Shown: positions 28,263-37,757 of the stretch, one piece after another | Numbering within the stretch: the stretch's first letter is position 1 | Layout of the letters: each line of letters opens with the position of its first letter | Source: a virus | Reading direction: 5' to 3' (one strand) | Virus record (IMG/VR): IMGVR_UViG_3300021091_000020 | Span: 32,001 to 96,000 of that record | Length of the DNA stretch: 64,000 bases | Translations under genes and position numbers: made by a program | Notes under the pieces: generated by a model | What the model was told of the DNA's origin: nothing | The model's database searches: none | Seen by the model: the letters and a program-made list of their open reading frames with translations, nothing else

Positions 28263-31200
28263 CTATGTTGATATTGCAATTTTTAAATATACTTCATCAT
28301 TTGGTGTTTTAATAATTGGTTTACTTGGTTTAGCTATAGCAACCAATTCATTTTGATCACTGTAAAATCCTATTGCTGTAATATATGTAATCGGTTCATT
28401 ATCAAAACACTCATTCTTTATTTTTCCTTTCTGTGATAGTGCATTGTCAGAAACAACAAATGTGGGATTATTACTATAATTTGCTTCCATGTGTTTTATC
28501 TTTAAAAGGTATTCTGTTCTTATTTTCTTATGGGCTTTTCTAGCTCTAATAGGATTATTCAAAGAAGCGGCACCACTTATTGATGTAAATATTTTACTGG
28601 AATTATCACCATTTATATTACTGCCGGTTACGGTATTAAAGCTCAATTCATTACGCAATTTTTTTCCATCCAATACAACTAAATTTAATAAAGGATATAT
28701 TGTTCCATAAGTATGCAATGAACTTGTATTATAGTATCCGTTTACTAAACTACCACTAACAATATCAAATGATGTATACGGTGATGTTGAACAAAATTCT
28801 TCATTTCTTAAATCATTTGAAGTATCTATCAAAGTTATTATTTTTTTCGATGAACTGACTTGAACATTACTACCAGTAAATACATTGTTGGCATAAGTAC
28901 CACCATTTAATTCTGCCAAACTTAATTCAAAGTTTCCAGGATCTATACCATCTTTTGCATATTCACTATAAAAGTTAATAGTATAAATTTCATCAACATT
29001 TTGGTCAATCACGCCATTTGTGTAGAAACTAAATTTAGTTGTTGGTGATTCTTGTGTTATCAATCTGTATCTCGAATAAACAGCGCGTGATGGTGAATCA
29101 TTTGACTCAAATGAACTCTGAACTGATCCTGAACCATTAAAGTTACCATAACTAACTGCAAAATATGGAGAGTATGTTTCACATTGATGACAACCTACAA
29201 CGTCTCTATGATATTCATATGAGGAACTTCTTTGCATAGAAGAAGTGAAATAACAATCAGGACTATCTGAATTATTGAACATCGGATAATTTTCTATTAT
29301 TTCTTTTGCATATAAAATATCCGTTTCAGGATTTATCTTATGATGAACTTTAACATCAACTTTACCACAATCAATGCTAACCGAATATCTAGTTTCTGTT
29401 TTCTTTGGTAATTTGTTTGGTGGAATTATTTGATTATCATAATAATAAAGACCATCATCCAAACAAATTTCATAAACATTATCTATGTATATTTCTCTGC
29501 ATCCACATGGATCATCGGGATCAATAACTGGTGTTCCAGCAACTTTTATTTCTATACAATCACACATTATTTTTTCGGGTTTTTCCCAAACTGTTTGTGT
29601 AGTTGTGATATACTCTATACTTCCGCTAAAAAATCCATTGTAACGCTTCCAAGCAAAACCATCGAATATAACATTTTCTTCTCCCTCATTCAACGGCGAT
29701 GCATCTGTCCAGCAATCTTTACTATGAGTCACTTCATAGTATTCTGTAATATCGTATACCGTTTTATATCCCTGATAACATGGAGATTGAGGATCTCTTG
29801 TTTTTATAGTTTCTGTTAATTCCTCATTTCTTATTTTTGTTATTTTAGGAACAAAACCAATTATTTTTGGTAATTTTTCTTCAGGAACTTCATCTATTCC
29901 TACTACGAATTGAAACGAAGGATCTACAAATTCTTTTGCTTCTAAAAATGGATTACTACTGTATGGAATCCACACGGCATCTTCACAATTTACATATTCT
30001 GGTTTAACATCGGCTGCAAGATCCGAACCGGGTGCCTTTGGATATTCGTCTCTAAAATCCCATCTATATGAACTTTGAGTGCAAGGAGTTTCACCTATTA
30101 CTTTATTTTTGAAACGAGTTATGTCATAAGGAATAACATATTTATCAACCGCATCTTTTAATACCAATTTACCAAAAACTCCTTTAGGTTCTTGATCAAT
30201 CAATATAGGAAGATTACCAAACGAATAACTGTAATATTTTTCATTTTCTTGAAGATATGGTTGCCAATGTCTATTATTCATCTCCTCATATGCATTTTGT
30301 TTCAATATATGATTCAAGAGAGTTATTCTTGTTTCTCCGTTAATAAAAGAAAGTTCATAATCTTTCATTCTATCTAACGTGACTGGATCTCCAGGTTTTA
30401 ATCCCGGTAAACCCATTTTGTATTTTCTATTTCTATCTGCACCAGTTAGAGCGGATCTTATATTATTTGCATGGTGATTATACCCTTGACTTAATGGAAA
30501 TAACGAATTAATTTGACTAACACTAAATCTGTATTCATATTTAACAGAGTTCCAATCAAATAAATCTTCACAATCTTGATTTATGCTAGTTACTAATTGA
30601 CCTCTTGCTAAAATATAATCTGGATAAAGAATACCAACAAACATACGTACTGTGCCAAATGATGGATTTTGTATATCTCTGTAAGTTGGAATATACATAT
30701 ACAAATCTGCAATTAGATTGAAAACTCCTGGAATTACTCTATTATTTACTTCCGCAATAGTTCGGGTTCTCTTTTTTACTCTACCACGTGAATCTCTTTC
30801 AATATCGTATGTTGGAACAAATCGTATATCTCTAAAAAAGTAATTTGCAAATTGTGGATTTGGTCCGTTTGGAACATAATACTTTCTATCATCTTCGTAA
30901 TTATCAACAGGAATTATGTATGCCGGATTCAAAGAATGAAAACCATCAATAGTATTTCCACTCAAAGTATTTCGTGCTCTTTCATTTTCTATTTCCAAAT
31001 AAGAACGTGTACTGGCATAAACATCATTTGCATATCCAGTTGTTCCGAATCTAAATGTTGGTGCAAGAATCAATCCTTTTGATGTCTCTATCCACATATC
31101 TTTCGCATCAAATGATAATGGAGGACATCCGGATGAACCCATGAGCAATGCTTTATCGGTAACAAAACTTAAAGATCTCCTGTTTCCTAAAAAATAATCA

Positions 31201-33152
31201 GGTATAGGTTTTAATATATTACCATCTTTATCTAATTGAGTTCCAATTGGTAAATTTTTTGGTCCGGTATAATTTGGTGGGTATCCTGCGTCATTTTGCA
31301 AAATTGTGTATGGATTTACAAAAAGTGTTGCTCTTCCAGGATATAAACCATTGAATGTATTTGGAACATTTCTTAAACATATCCAAGGACTACGATAAAA
31401 TCCTTCACGGCCAATTTCAACTCCTGGTGGTATTTGACCAAATTTATTTTGATCCCATTGACCACCGTACCATAGAACCATTCCTTTTGCCACTTGTGTA
31501 GCATCAAGTGGCTTAACGTATTCGGTTGGCCTATAAAATGCATTTGCTGGTGGAATAACGGCTGCGGATGATGCATTTGTTAGACCAGCAAGATTTGTTG
31601 TTGAAGTGATATTACCTGAATTTACAAGTGAAATGTTTCCCGATTTAAAAATTTCATCTTGGTATCTGGATGTTCTATAAAATGGTCCAGATCTAGTACC
31701 ATCTGGATTATCTACCCAATATTTTTCAGCTTGATATGCAAAACTTGGACTTCCCCATTCGGGTATCCATTCCCAGTCTATGAATTTTACATACATTCCA
31801 AAAAAATCAAGAAAGCCCTTATCGTTTTTTTGAAAATTTTCTCGGCCTGCGGGTGGATTGTTAAAATTTAACCAATTCATATCTAATTTTTCATCACTAG
31901 AATTTTCATCAAGTGCCACCGTTCTAGCAACTAGTATGTTATCATTTCCTCTTGCCGGCGGTTTTGATAACCCGTAATATATGTATAGTTTATCCAGCGT
32001 AACGCTAGCAAATCTAAACATATTAGCTTCAGCATCCGTTTCAACGCTAAAGTCATTATCTTGTCCATAAAACCCAAGTGGTGGTTCCAAGAAAAATGTT
32101 GTATTCGGTGATGGTGTTCCATCTTTTTTTACTGATTGTTCTTCACCAATATAAGCAATTTTTCTGCTATGATTTGCCCAAATAACGTGTTGTGCTATAG
32201 GTCTTTTGTGTGACTCTATTTTACCATCTGGTGTAAATACAACTCTTGATGTGTCATCTCCCAATGAAACTGTATTTCGTATTCTATCCGCAAGTGAAAC
32301 TAAAACACCTTCTTTACCAACTTCGTCACCAAATTCATCAAGTATAGGAACTGTGCCAGATCTTGATGATTGTTGTTTTATTGTTAAGTTTGTCAATAGT
32401 TCAATATCATCTACTTCAAAGTACCATTCATAATCAATACCGTCTGGCTTTCCTGCAGTTTGAGGACATTTTCTTGTTCTATAAACAAGTTTTGAAGTTG
32501 CAAGAACAACATTTTTTTGAACTATTCCAGTTAGTATCTGTTGAAACGGTCTATAAACATCATTTGCAATGTCTTCATTATAGAAAGGACTAGTTGAATC
32601 TAGAGTTGCATCCGAAACAAGTGGTTGTTCTGGAAATTGAATATAACGAGTGAATTTTCCATGTAAATCTGCTACTAAATTCCATCCACCATTTATTATT
32701 CTTTCCCCAATTCTAGTTCTCTGTCTTGCACCAGTTGAATCAACTGCAGGAACTAGTCTTACTCTATCAAATGCATAAGTTATTTCACTAAATTCACCAC
32801 CTTCATATTCATATTCGGGCAAAGCACCGTTATCTATAAAATATGCATCTGCGGATTTTACTTCTGTACCAGATCTATGCCATTGTTTTGTTTTTCCTAC
32901 TATTTTTACTTCTTCCGAAAATGTTGATGCCAAATATATCGGCATTGTTTTTTTTAAGTAATTATTATTTTTTGGAATTATATTTAATTTTGCACCTTGC
33001 GTTCCACTATCACCAAAATTACTAACTGCAACATTTGGTTTAAGAATGTAAAAAGGTAATATCCGGGTATCTACTTCTTGTAATGAATCTGGAACTGGTG
33101 TATATGTAAACGGACTGTCACCGATTTGCGGTGCTATGTATTGATCTGCCAT
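28263..33152 (-). CDS. Large virion structural protein (tail/baseplate-associated, putative)
   Basis: C-terminal NYSNNPTF...YITAIGFYSDQNELVAIAKPSKPIIK resembles tail-fibre/collar attachment domains; VSGS-rich segment; internal duplication. Confidence 0.55.
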   Translation of the reverse strand: MADQYIAPQIGDSPFTYTPVPDSLQEVDTRILPFYILKPNVAVSNFGDSGTQGAKLNIIPKNNNYLKKTMPIYLASTFSEEVKIVGKTKQWHRSGTEVKSADAYFIDNGALPEYEYEGGEFSEITYAFDRVRLVPAVDSTGARQRTRIGERIINGGWNLVADLHGKFTRYIQFPEQPLVSDATLDSTSPFYNEDIANDVYRPFQQILTGIVQKNVVLATSKLVYRTRKCPQTAGKPDGIDYEWYFEVDDIELLTNLTIKQQSSRSGTVPILDEFGDEVGKEGVLVSLADRIRNTVSLGDDTSRVVFTPDGKIESHKRPIAQHVIWANHSRKIAYIGEEQSVKKDGTPSPNTTFFLEPPLGFYGQDNDFSVETDAEANMFRFASVTLDKLYIYYGLSKPPARGNDNILVARTVALDENSSDEKLDMNWLNFNNPPAGRENFQKNDKGFLDFFGMYVKFIDWEWIPEWGSPSFAYQAEKYWVDNPDGTRSGPFYRTSRYQDEIFKSGNISLVNSGNITSTTNLAGLTNASSAAVIPPANAFYRPTEYVKPLDATQVAKGMVLWYGGQWDQNKFGQIPPGVEIGREGFYRSPWICLRNVPNTFNGLYPGRATLFVNPYTILQNDAGYPPNYTGPKNLPIGTQLDKDGNILKPIPDYFLGNRRSLSFVTDKALLMGSSGCPPLSFDAKDMWIETSKGLILAPTFRFGTTGYANDVYASTRSYLEIENERARNTLSGNTIDGFHSLNPAYIIPVDNYEDDRKYYVPNGPNPQFANYFFRDIRFVPTYDIERDSRGRVKKRTRTIAEVNNRVIPGVFNLIADLYMYIPTYRDIQNPSFGTVRMFVGILYPDYILARGQLVTSINQDCEDLFDWNSVKYEYRFSVSQINSLFPLSQGYNHHANNIRSALTGADRNRKYKMGLPGLKPGDPVTLDRMKDYELSFINGETRITLLNHILKQNAYEEMNNRHWQPYLQENEKYYSYSFGNLPILIDQEPKGVFGKLVLKDAVDKYVIPYDITRFKNKVIGETPCTQSSYRWDFRDEYPKAPGSDLAADVKPEYVNCEDAVWIPYSSNPFLEAKEFVDPSFQFVVGIDEVPEEKLPKIIGFVPKITKIRNEELTETIKTRDPQSPCYQGYKTVYDITEYYEVTHSKDCWTDASPLNEGEENVIFDGFAWKRYNGFFSGSIEYITTTQTVWEKPEKIMCDCIEIKVAGTPVIDPDDPCGCREIYIDNVYEICLDDGLYYYDNQIIPPNKLPKKTETRYSVSIDCGKVDVKVHHKINPETDILYAKEIIENYPMFNNSDSPDCYFTSSMQRSSSYEYHRDVVGCHQCETYSPYFAVSYGNFNGSGSVQSSFESNDSPSRAVYSRYRLITQESPTTKFSFYTNGVIDQNVDEIYTINFYSEYAKDGIDPGNFELSLAELNGGTYANNVFTGSNVQVSSSKKIITLIDTSNDLRNEEFCSTSPYTSFDIVSGSLVNGYYNTSSLHTYGTIYPLLNLVVLDGKKLRNELSFNTVTGSNINGDNSSKIFTSISGAASLNNPIRARKAHKKIRTEYLLKIKHMEANYSNNPTFVVSDNALSQKGKIKNECFDNEPITYITAIGFYSDQNELVAIAKPSKPIIKTPNDEVYLKIAIST

Positions 33153-33186
33153 GATAATAACTTATTTATGTAACAATTATTATTTG

Positions 33187-33510
33187 TTAAATTGATGCAA
33201 TAACTGCACCATATTCTTTTGCTTCAAATTTTTCTCTTACCATATCCATCAACCCCTTCTCAACTTCTTTTTTATATTGTTCAATAAAGTATGGAGTTCC
33301 TTCTTCTGCCTTTTCAATATCTTTTATTGCTTCTAATTTTGTAACACATTTCTTTTCACCAACTAATTTTGCAAGTTCAATGAGTGCCTGTGTATCATCA
33401 TCCTTTTCTTCAACCGCCTTTTCAATTTTCTTTATAGCAGTTTTTACTTTTTGTCCAAGTCCTTCATCTTCTTCTTTCAATAAAAGACTTTTTAATTTCA
33501 AAGATTTCAT
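33187..33510 (-). CDS. Hypothetical helical protein with a leader peptide
   Basis: GGAG SD before ATG 33510; begins MKSLKLKSLLLKEE. Confidence 0.6.
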   Translation of the reverse strand: MKSLKLKSLLLKEEDEGLGQKVKTAIKKIEKAVEEKDDDTQALIELAKLVGEKKCVTKLEAIKDIEKAEEGTPYFIEQYKKEVEKGLMDMVREKFEAKEYGAVIASI

Positions 33511-33525
33511 TACAAACTCCAATGT

Positions 33526-33729
33526 TTATTTACGAGATAATAAAAAATAAAGTCCAAAAAATAACAGCGCTACCGAATAAAATATAATATCGGTAACGAT
33601 GTAACTCCCGGTAAGTTTTGTTACTAAAGCAAAGGCCGCATCGAACCCAAGAGGATTGAAAAATGTCCCAAGCACTAAACATATTTTTGCCAACACATCT
33701 TTTAATTGTTTTGAGTTTCTTTTTGACAT
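33526..33729 (-). CDS. Small membrane protein (two predicted TM helices)
   Basis: Hydrophobic ICLVLGTFFNPLGFDA and IIFYSVALLFFGLYFLL. The longer start at 33819 lies inside a terminator, so the exact start is uncertain. Confidence 0.55.
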   Translation of the reverse strand: MSKRNSKQLKDVLAKICLVLGTFFNPLGFDAAFALVTKLTGSYIVTDIIFYSVALLFFGLYFLLSRK

Positions 33730-33777
33730 TACGCCATCCCATGTAGTTGCCTTTGTGTGAAAAAATACTTCTGTAAC

Positions 33778-33786
33778 TATAAATAT
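33778..33786 (-). promoter_or_regulatory. ATATTTATA motif (putative late promoter)
   Basis: Exact motif, just downstream of the Hsp20 terminator. Confidence 0.5.
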
Positions 33787-33795
33787 GAGATAAAT

Positions 33796-33822
33796 AAAAA
33801 AGGGTGATGTTTCCACCACCCT
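33796..33822 (-). terminator. Intrinsic terminator after hsp20
   Basis: RNA reads AGGGUGGUG-GAAA-CAUCACCCU followed by a U tract. Confidence 0.75.
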
Positions 33823-33839
33823 AAACTTAACATCTAATC

Positions 33840-34235
33840 TTATTTTACTTTGATTGTTATTTCTTCGGGTTCCGTTGGTTTTTCATACGGAACTGAAATA
33901 TGAAGAATACCATTCTCAACACTAGCAGTAACTCCTTTCAAATCATATTTGATTTTACCGTTTGGTAATTCAAATCTCAATTCAATTGTTTTTTCACCGA
34001 AGATGTTTGTAACCTTTCTGTGACCTGTTACATTAAGGATATTGTTTTTTACCGTAATGTTAATATCCTCTTTTGCACAACCAGGAACTTCTGCATAAAT
34101 GTTACGAACTCCATCCGCGTCTTGAACTAATGTTCGAGTATTAAAACGAGGTAAATCAAGATGTGTTTTGGACAACTGATTTACAACGTCATCCCATAAA
34201 TTGTCTCTACGAAGAATAGAATTTATCGTTACCAT
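33840..34235 (-). CDS. Hsp20/alpha-crystallin small heat shock protein
   Basis: AEVPGCAKEDINITVKNNILNVTG and ASVENGILHISVP. Confidence 0.9.
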   Translation of the reverse strand: MVTINSILRRDNLWDDVVNQLSKTHLDLPRFNTRTLVQDADGVRNIYAEVPGCAKEDINITVKNNILNVTGHRKVTNIFGEKTIELRFELPNGKIKYDLKGVTASVENGILHISVPYEKPTEPEEITIKVK

Positions 34236-34265
34236 AATAACCTCGAAAAATTAAAAATAAAAAAG

Positions 34266-34451
34266 TTAATTAGATAATTTAGCAGCTTTTGCTTCGGCAA
34301 CAGATGCTTGATTATACGGTGTAATCAATTTCTTAATTGCACTTGCCGCCTTACGAGCAATAGCAGCATCTTTCTTTTTTGTTGAATTATGTGCAACTGT
34401 AAACTCATTGAATAAGTTTGTTAGTTGGGCATAGATTTCTTGCTTGGCCAT
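34266..34451 (-). CDS. Histone H1-like (Hc1-type) small DNA-binding protein
   Basis: KKDAAIARKAASAIKKLITPYNQASVAE resembles the Hc1-like KAAGTRARK...YRKAS pattern; AGGAGG SD. Confidence 0.55.
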   Translation of the reverse strand: MAKQEIYAQLTNLFNEFTVAHNSTKKKDAAIARKAASAIKKLITPYNQASVAEAKAAKLSN

Positions 34452-34475
34452 AAAACCTCCTGTGTATAATATAAC

Positions 34476-35351
34476 CTACATTATCTCCGGTATCGGTAAT
34501 TTTGCATTGGTTATACTTTGTATAAAAAACTTGCGAATTGTGTCTCGCATTCCTGAAACTTTACTTTGTTTGTTAAATACAACATCATATAATTTTTCAA
34601 ATGATGCAGCATCAGCGATAGTATACTGATCTCCCAAAAAGAAATGTATCATTTCTTCCGGTGTTTGTGTTACAAAACTTTCACTACCTGCAATAGTTTT
34701 ACCGGCTTTGATAATACTACCACCTTTACCGGCATAACTTTTTGCTAATCTATAAATTCCTTTGTCATGTCTCATAACATACTTCTCAACTTCAATCGGA
34801 ACATCCTTATCGGTTTTCTTTAATACTTTGTAATCAACCGCAGAAACAACTGCAGCCAATAAAAAGTTTCTATATGCTTGTTTATATTTTGACTCACCCT
34901 TTGAATAATCCGGTGATGAATAAACAAATTGTGTCCAATTAACATTATTTGATAACATGAAATCAACTTGCACAGGTTCTTCCGTAACTCTGCCGACTAT
35001 TGGAAACGGAATAGAAACTTGTGAGAACCCACGAAGTGGCTTTGCATCATAACCCATCTTTTCCAATTCCTTTATCAACCAATCCAATACATCACTTAAT
35101 TTCAAACCATTGGCGGATGCCAATTGATCCATTGAAATACCAATGTCCAAGTCACCTGATAATTGAACATCAGGTTTCTTTCCTGCACTACCGAGTATGA
35201 AACAATCTGTTCCAAAACCGATAAGACCGAGTGGTTTCAAAACAACTGTCTCAATTTTTGAGACAGTTGCCGCCACTTCATTTTGTTTAATCGCCACGGC
35301 ATCGGGAAACATATTCCCACCCTCTGTCAATAATTTCTTTAATTTAATCAT
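34476..35351 (-). CDS. Pol-beta superfamily nucleotidyltransferase with a leader peptide
   Basis: LGSAGKK...SGDLDI (G-S-x-D-x-D) and a third Asp in VQVDFM; N-terminus MIKLKKLLTE-GGN. Confidence 0.65.
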   Translation of the reverse strand: MIKLKKLLTEGGNMFPDAVAIKQNEVAATVSKIETVVLKPLGLIGFGTDCFILGSAGKKPDVQLSGDLDIGISMDQLASANGLKLSDVLDWLIKELEKMGYDAKPLRGFSQVSIPFPIVGRVTEEPVQVDFMLSNNVNWTQFVYSSPDYSKGESKYKQAYRNFLLAAVVSAVDYKVLKKTDKDVPIEVEKYVMRHDKGIYRLAKSYAGKGGSIIKAGKTIAGSESFVTQTPEEMIHFFLGDQYTIADAASFEKLYDVVFNKQSKVSGMRDTIRKFFIQSITNAKLPIPEIM

Positions 35352-35368
35352 GTTATATCAAAAATATG

Positions 35369-35788
35369 TGTTATAGTTCTTTGGATAATGTGTTTAATAA
35401 TAATTATACTTTATTTTTATTTTACTTTACCCAAACCATCAATTCTTTCATGCACGAATTTTATTTCACCAACAACTTCTTGTTGTGATTTATCAATTCT
35501 TTCGTGGATGAACCGATGTTCTTTTTCAATAACCGAACTCAAGCTATCAACTCTGGAATCAATCATTCGTCTAAAATAATCATCTGTTGATGTAATTCGT
35601 TGATCCAATTGATTAACTACTGTATCAACTAACCTCTCTAAATTATTTAGTTCTTTGTTTAATCTACTAATTTTGAACATACCCACAACTACAACCGTAA
35701 CTGCCGTTAAGACTGTAACTGCACATACACCCAACCAAAATGAAGTTATATCCATAACTTTTCTCCTTATTCCCAAAGAACTATAACA
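35369..35788. repeat. Perfect 16-bp inverted repeat pair bracketing one gene
   Basis: TGTTATAGTTCTTTGG at 35369-35384 and CCAAAGAACTATAACA at 35773-35788. Confidence 0.9.
35417..35755 (-). CDS. Small membrane-anchored coiled-coil protein
   Basis: AAGGAG SD 7 nt before ATG 35755; N-terminal TM FWLGVCAVTVLTAVTVVVVGMF, then heptad-like R-I-D repeats. Confidence 0.7.
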   Translation of the reverse strand: MDITSFWLGVCAVTVLTAVTVVVVGMFKISRLNKELNNLERLVDTVVNQLDQRITSTDDYFRRMIDSRVDSLSSVIEKEHRFIHERIDKSQQEVVGEIKFVHERIDGLGKVK

Positions 35789-35795
35789 TTATTAT

Positions 35796-37649
35796 TTATT
35801 TTATTTCACAGGCACCACCAGCACAAGCCAATTCGCCAGTCAAATCTGTATTGTCTTCCAACTCAACAACATTACTTAAATCAACATCGTGCAGAGTTTC
35901 CATTAACTTATTATACTTTTCTTCATCAATATCTTCAAAAGGTGCCTGTATGTATGTTCCACCGTCATAAGGCAATACTGAAAGACCATTGAAGTGTTCT
36001 TTATTTTCCCACATCCAATTACCAACGGCATCCCATTCGTGTTCGCGGATAGATACTGTTGCAGATATATTATGTGTGTTCATACCTGTTCTATGACCTG
36101 GCTTAATCCAATTCTGATTGAACCATTTTACTCTTTCCAATAATTGTAATGGACTTTCACTACGAAGTATTGAACCCTCTGGTGACTTTTGTGGAACACC
36201 AATTACAGCAGTATCATGTGGGCGGAAGTATTCATCTTCTACCAATTCGGGATGATTGATTGTGAGATAAGTATAAATTGCCTCATTCTTACCAACACGA
36301 ACACGGCGTAGATAATAGTCATTATGCCATGCATGAATGCCTGATGAACAACCCAATGTCAATGATGATGTTCCAGCAGGTTTAATCGTTGTTGTTCTTG
36401 CGGATTTATTGATACCGATAAGTTCCGCAACTCTTTCGTTTTCTTCTCTTGATGCCTTAGCAGCAGCTTTCAAATCCAACTTTTGAACTTTACCAGAACC
36501 GATACCTGTCATACCAACACCGAGAAGTGCATCCTTTTCAGTTGTTCTTTGCCATATTGGGCGAAGATAATGAAAATCCGTATAACCTGCCTGCAATGTT
36601 CCGATGAAAGAAGCGGCACGAACTCTATCCTCCAAATCCTCTTGACTTTCAACATCGGAAACATTTACTTCACACAAGTTACAAAATTGGAATGGGCGAA
36701 GTGCAATCTCACAACAAGGATTTGTTCCCCAATCTTTATCGTTGGAAAGATAAATACCCGGCTCACCTGCATTTGATAATTCTATTTTCTTCCAAAGTGA
36801 TTTGAAAAATTCTTCTGTTACCTTACTACGAAGAAGAACTGCCGAATTATTAGCTCTGCCTCTTTGTGGATTAAGTTCCCACCAATTTCCAAACTTACAT
36901 GAAATCATATCGTCATCATCTGCAGAAAAAAGAGAAATAAGAGCAGCACGGCGAATACCACCCGCAAGAACTGCATCTGCAATATGACAAACAATATCGT
37001 GAACTTCAATGGGTGATAATTGTTCACCGTCATTTTTAAGTTCAAGTATTGCCCTAATCTTTTCAATACAAATGCGAAGTGGTTCTGGACCGGGTGCCTT
37101 ACCACCACTTGTAATAAGACGAGCACCCTTATGACGAATATCGGAATAATCAAAACGAATAGATGAACCACCGGTGAAATAAGACTTTATTACGGCTTTA
37201 ATTGCATCTGCCCATCCTTCAATCGAGTCACCAATAAGAAATCTTCTTTCTTTTGATTTAGGTCTGTGAATTGGTGGCAAACTTTCTACATGATGCTTCT
37301 GAACGGAATAACCAACACCTGTTCCACCAAGAAGAAGAAACATTATTTCACCAAATGCACGCCAGTCATCTATTGGAAGATATGCACAGTTGTAAACTCT
37401 ATTAGGAGAAATTTCAATTGGTTTACCACCGAATTGCAATGAACGCATTGATGGTAATACTTTCTTATCATATACCATTTTATAGACATTTTCAATTTCA
37501 TCTTTTAATTTTGGATATTTTCTTTGGTGCATTTTTTTATTTCGTGTCACCAATTCTTCCCAAGTTTCCCTACGATTTTTTTCGGGAATGAAACGAGCAT
37601 ACTTCATGTAAACTGTGATCTCAGACAAGATGCGATTGCTGATGTCCAT
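35796..37649 (-). CDS. nrdJ: Class II (adenosylcobalamin-dependent) ribonucleotide reductase
   Basis: YNCAY, GTNPCCEI, FCNLCEVN, TTIKPAGT and C-terminal CAGGAC. No small-subunit gene is adjacent. Confidence 0.9.
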   Translation of the reverse strand: MDISNRILSEITVYMKYARFIPEKNRRETWEELVTRNKKMHQRKYPKLKDEIENVYKMVYDKKVLPSMRSLQFGGKPIEISPNRVYNCAYLPIDDWRAFGEIMFLLLGGTGVGYSVQKHHVESLPPIHRPKSKERRFLIGDSIEGWADAIKAVIKSYFTGGSSIRFDYSDIRHKGARLITSGGKAPGPEPLRICIEKIRAILELKNDGEQLSPIEVHDIVCHIADAVLAGGIRRAALISLFSADDDDMISCKFGNWWELNPQRGRANNSAVLLRSKVTEEFFKSLWKKIELSNAGEPGIYLSNDKDWGTNPCCEIALRPFQFCNLCEVNVSDVESQEDLEDRVRAASFIGTLQAGYTDFHYLRPIWQRTTEKDALLGVGMTGIGSGKVQKLDLKAAAKASREENERVAELIGINKSARTTTIKPAGTSSLTLGCSSGIHAWHNDYYLRRVRVGKNEAIYTYLTINHPELVEDEYFRPHDTAVIGVPQKSPEGSILRSESPLQLLERVKWFNQNWIKPGHRTGMNTHNISATVSIREHEWDAVGNWMWENKEHFNGLSVLPYDGGTYIQAPFEDIDEEKYNKLMETLHDVDLSNVVELEDNTDLTGELACAGGACEIK

Positions 37650-37757
37650 TTATTTCTCCATTGATTTTTTTATTGAAAACGGTATTTTTTAGGTATAAAT
37701 CAATACCATACACGAATAAGTATATGGTTTTGGATAAAAAAAGTGGGTTTTTCTAAA

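Noticed and set aside
33530-33742. Alternative-frame ORF overlapping the small membrane protein
   Set aside because: No recognisable features, and the other frame encodes a coherent two-TM protein.
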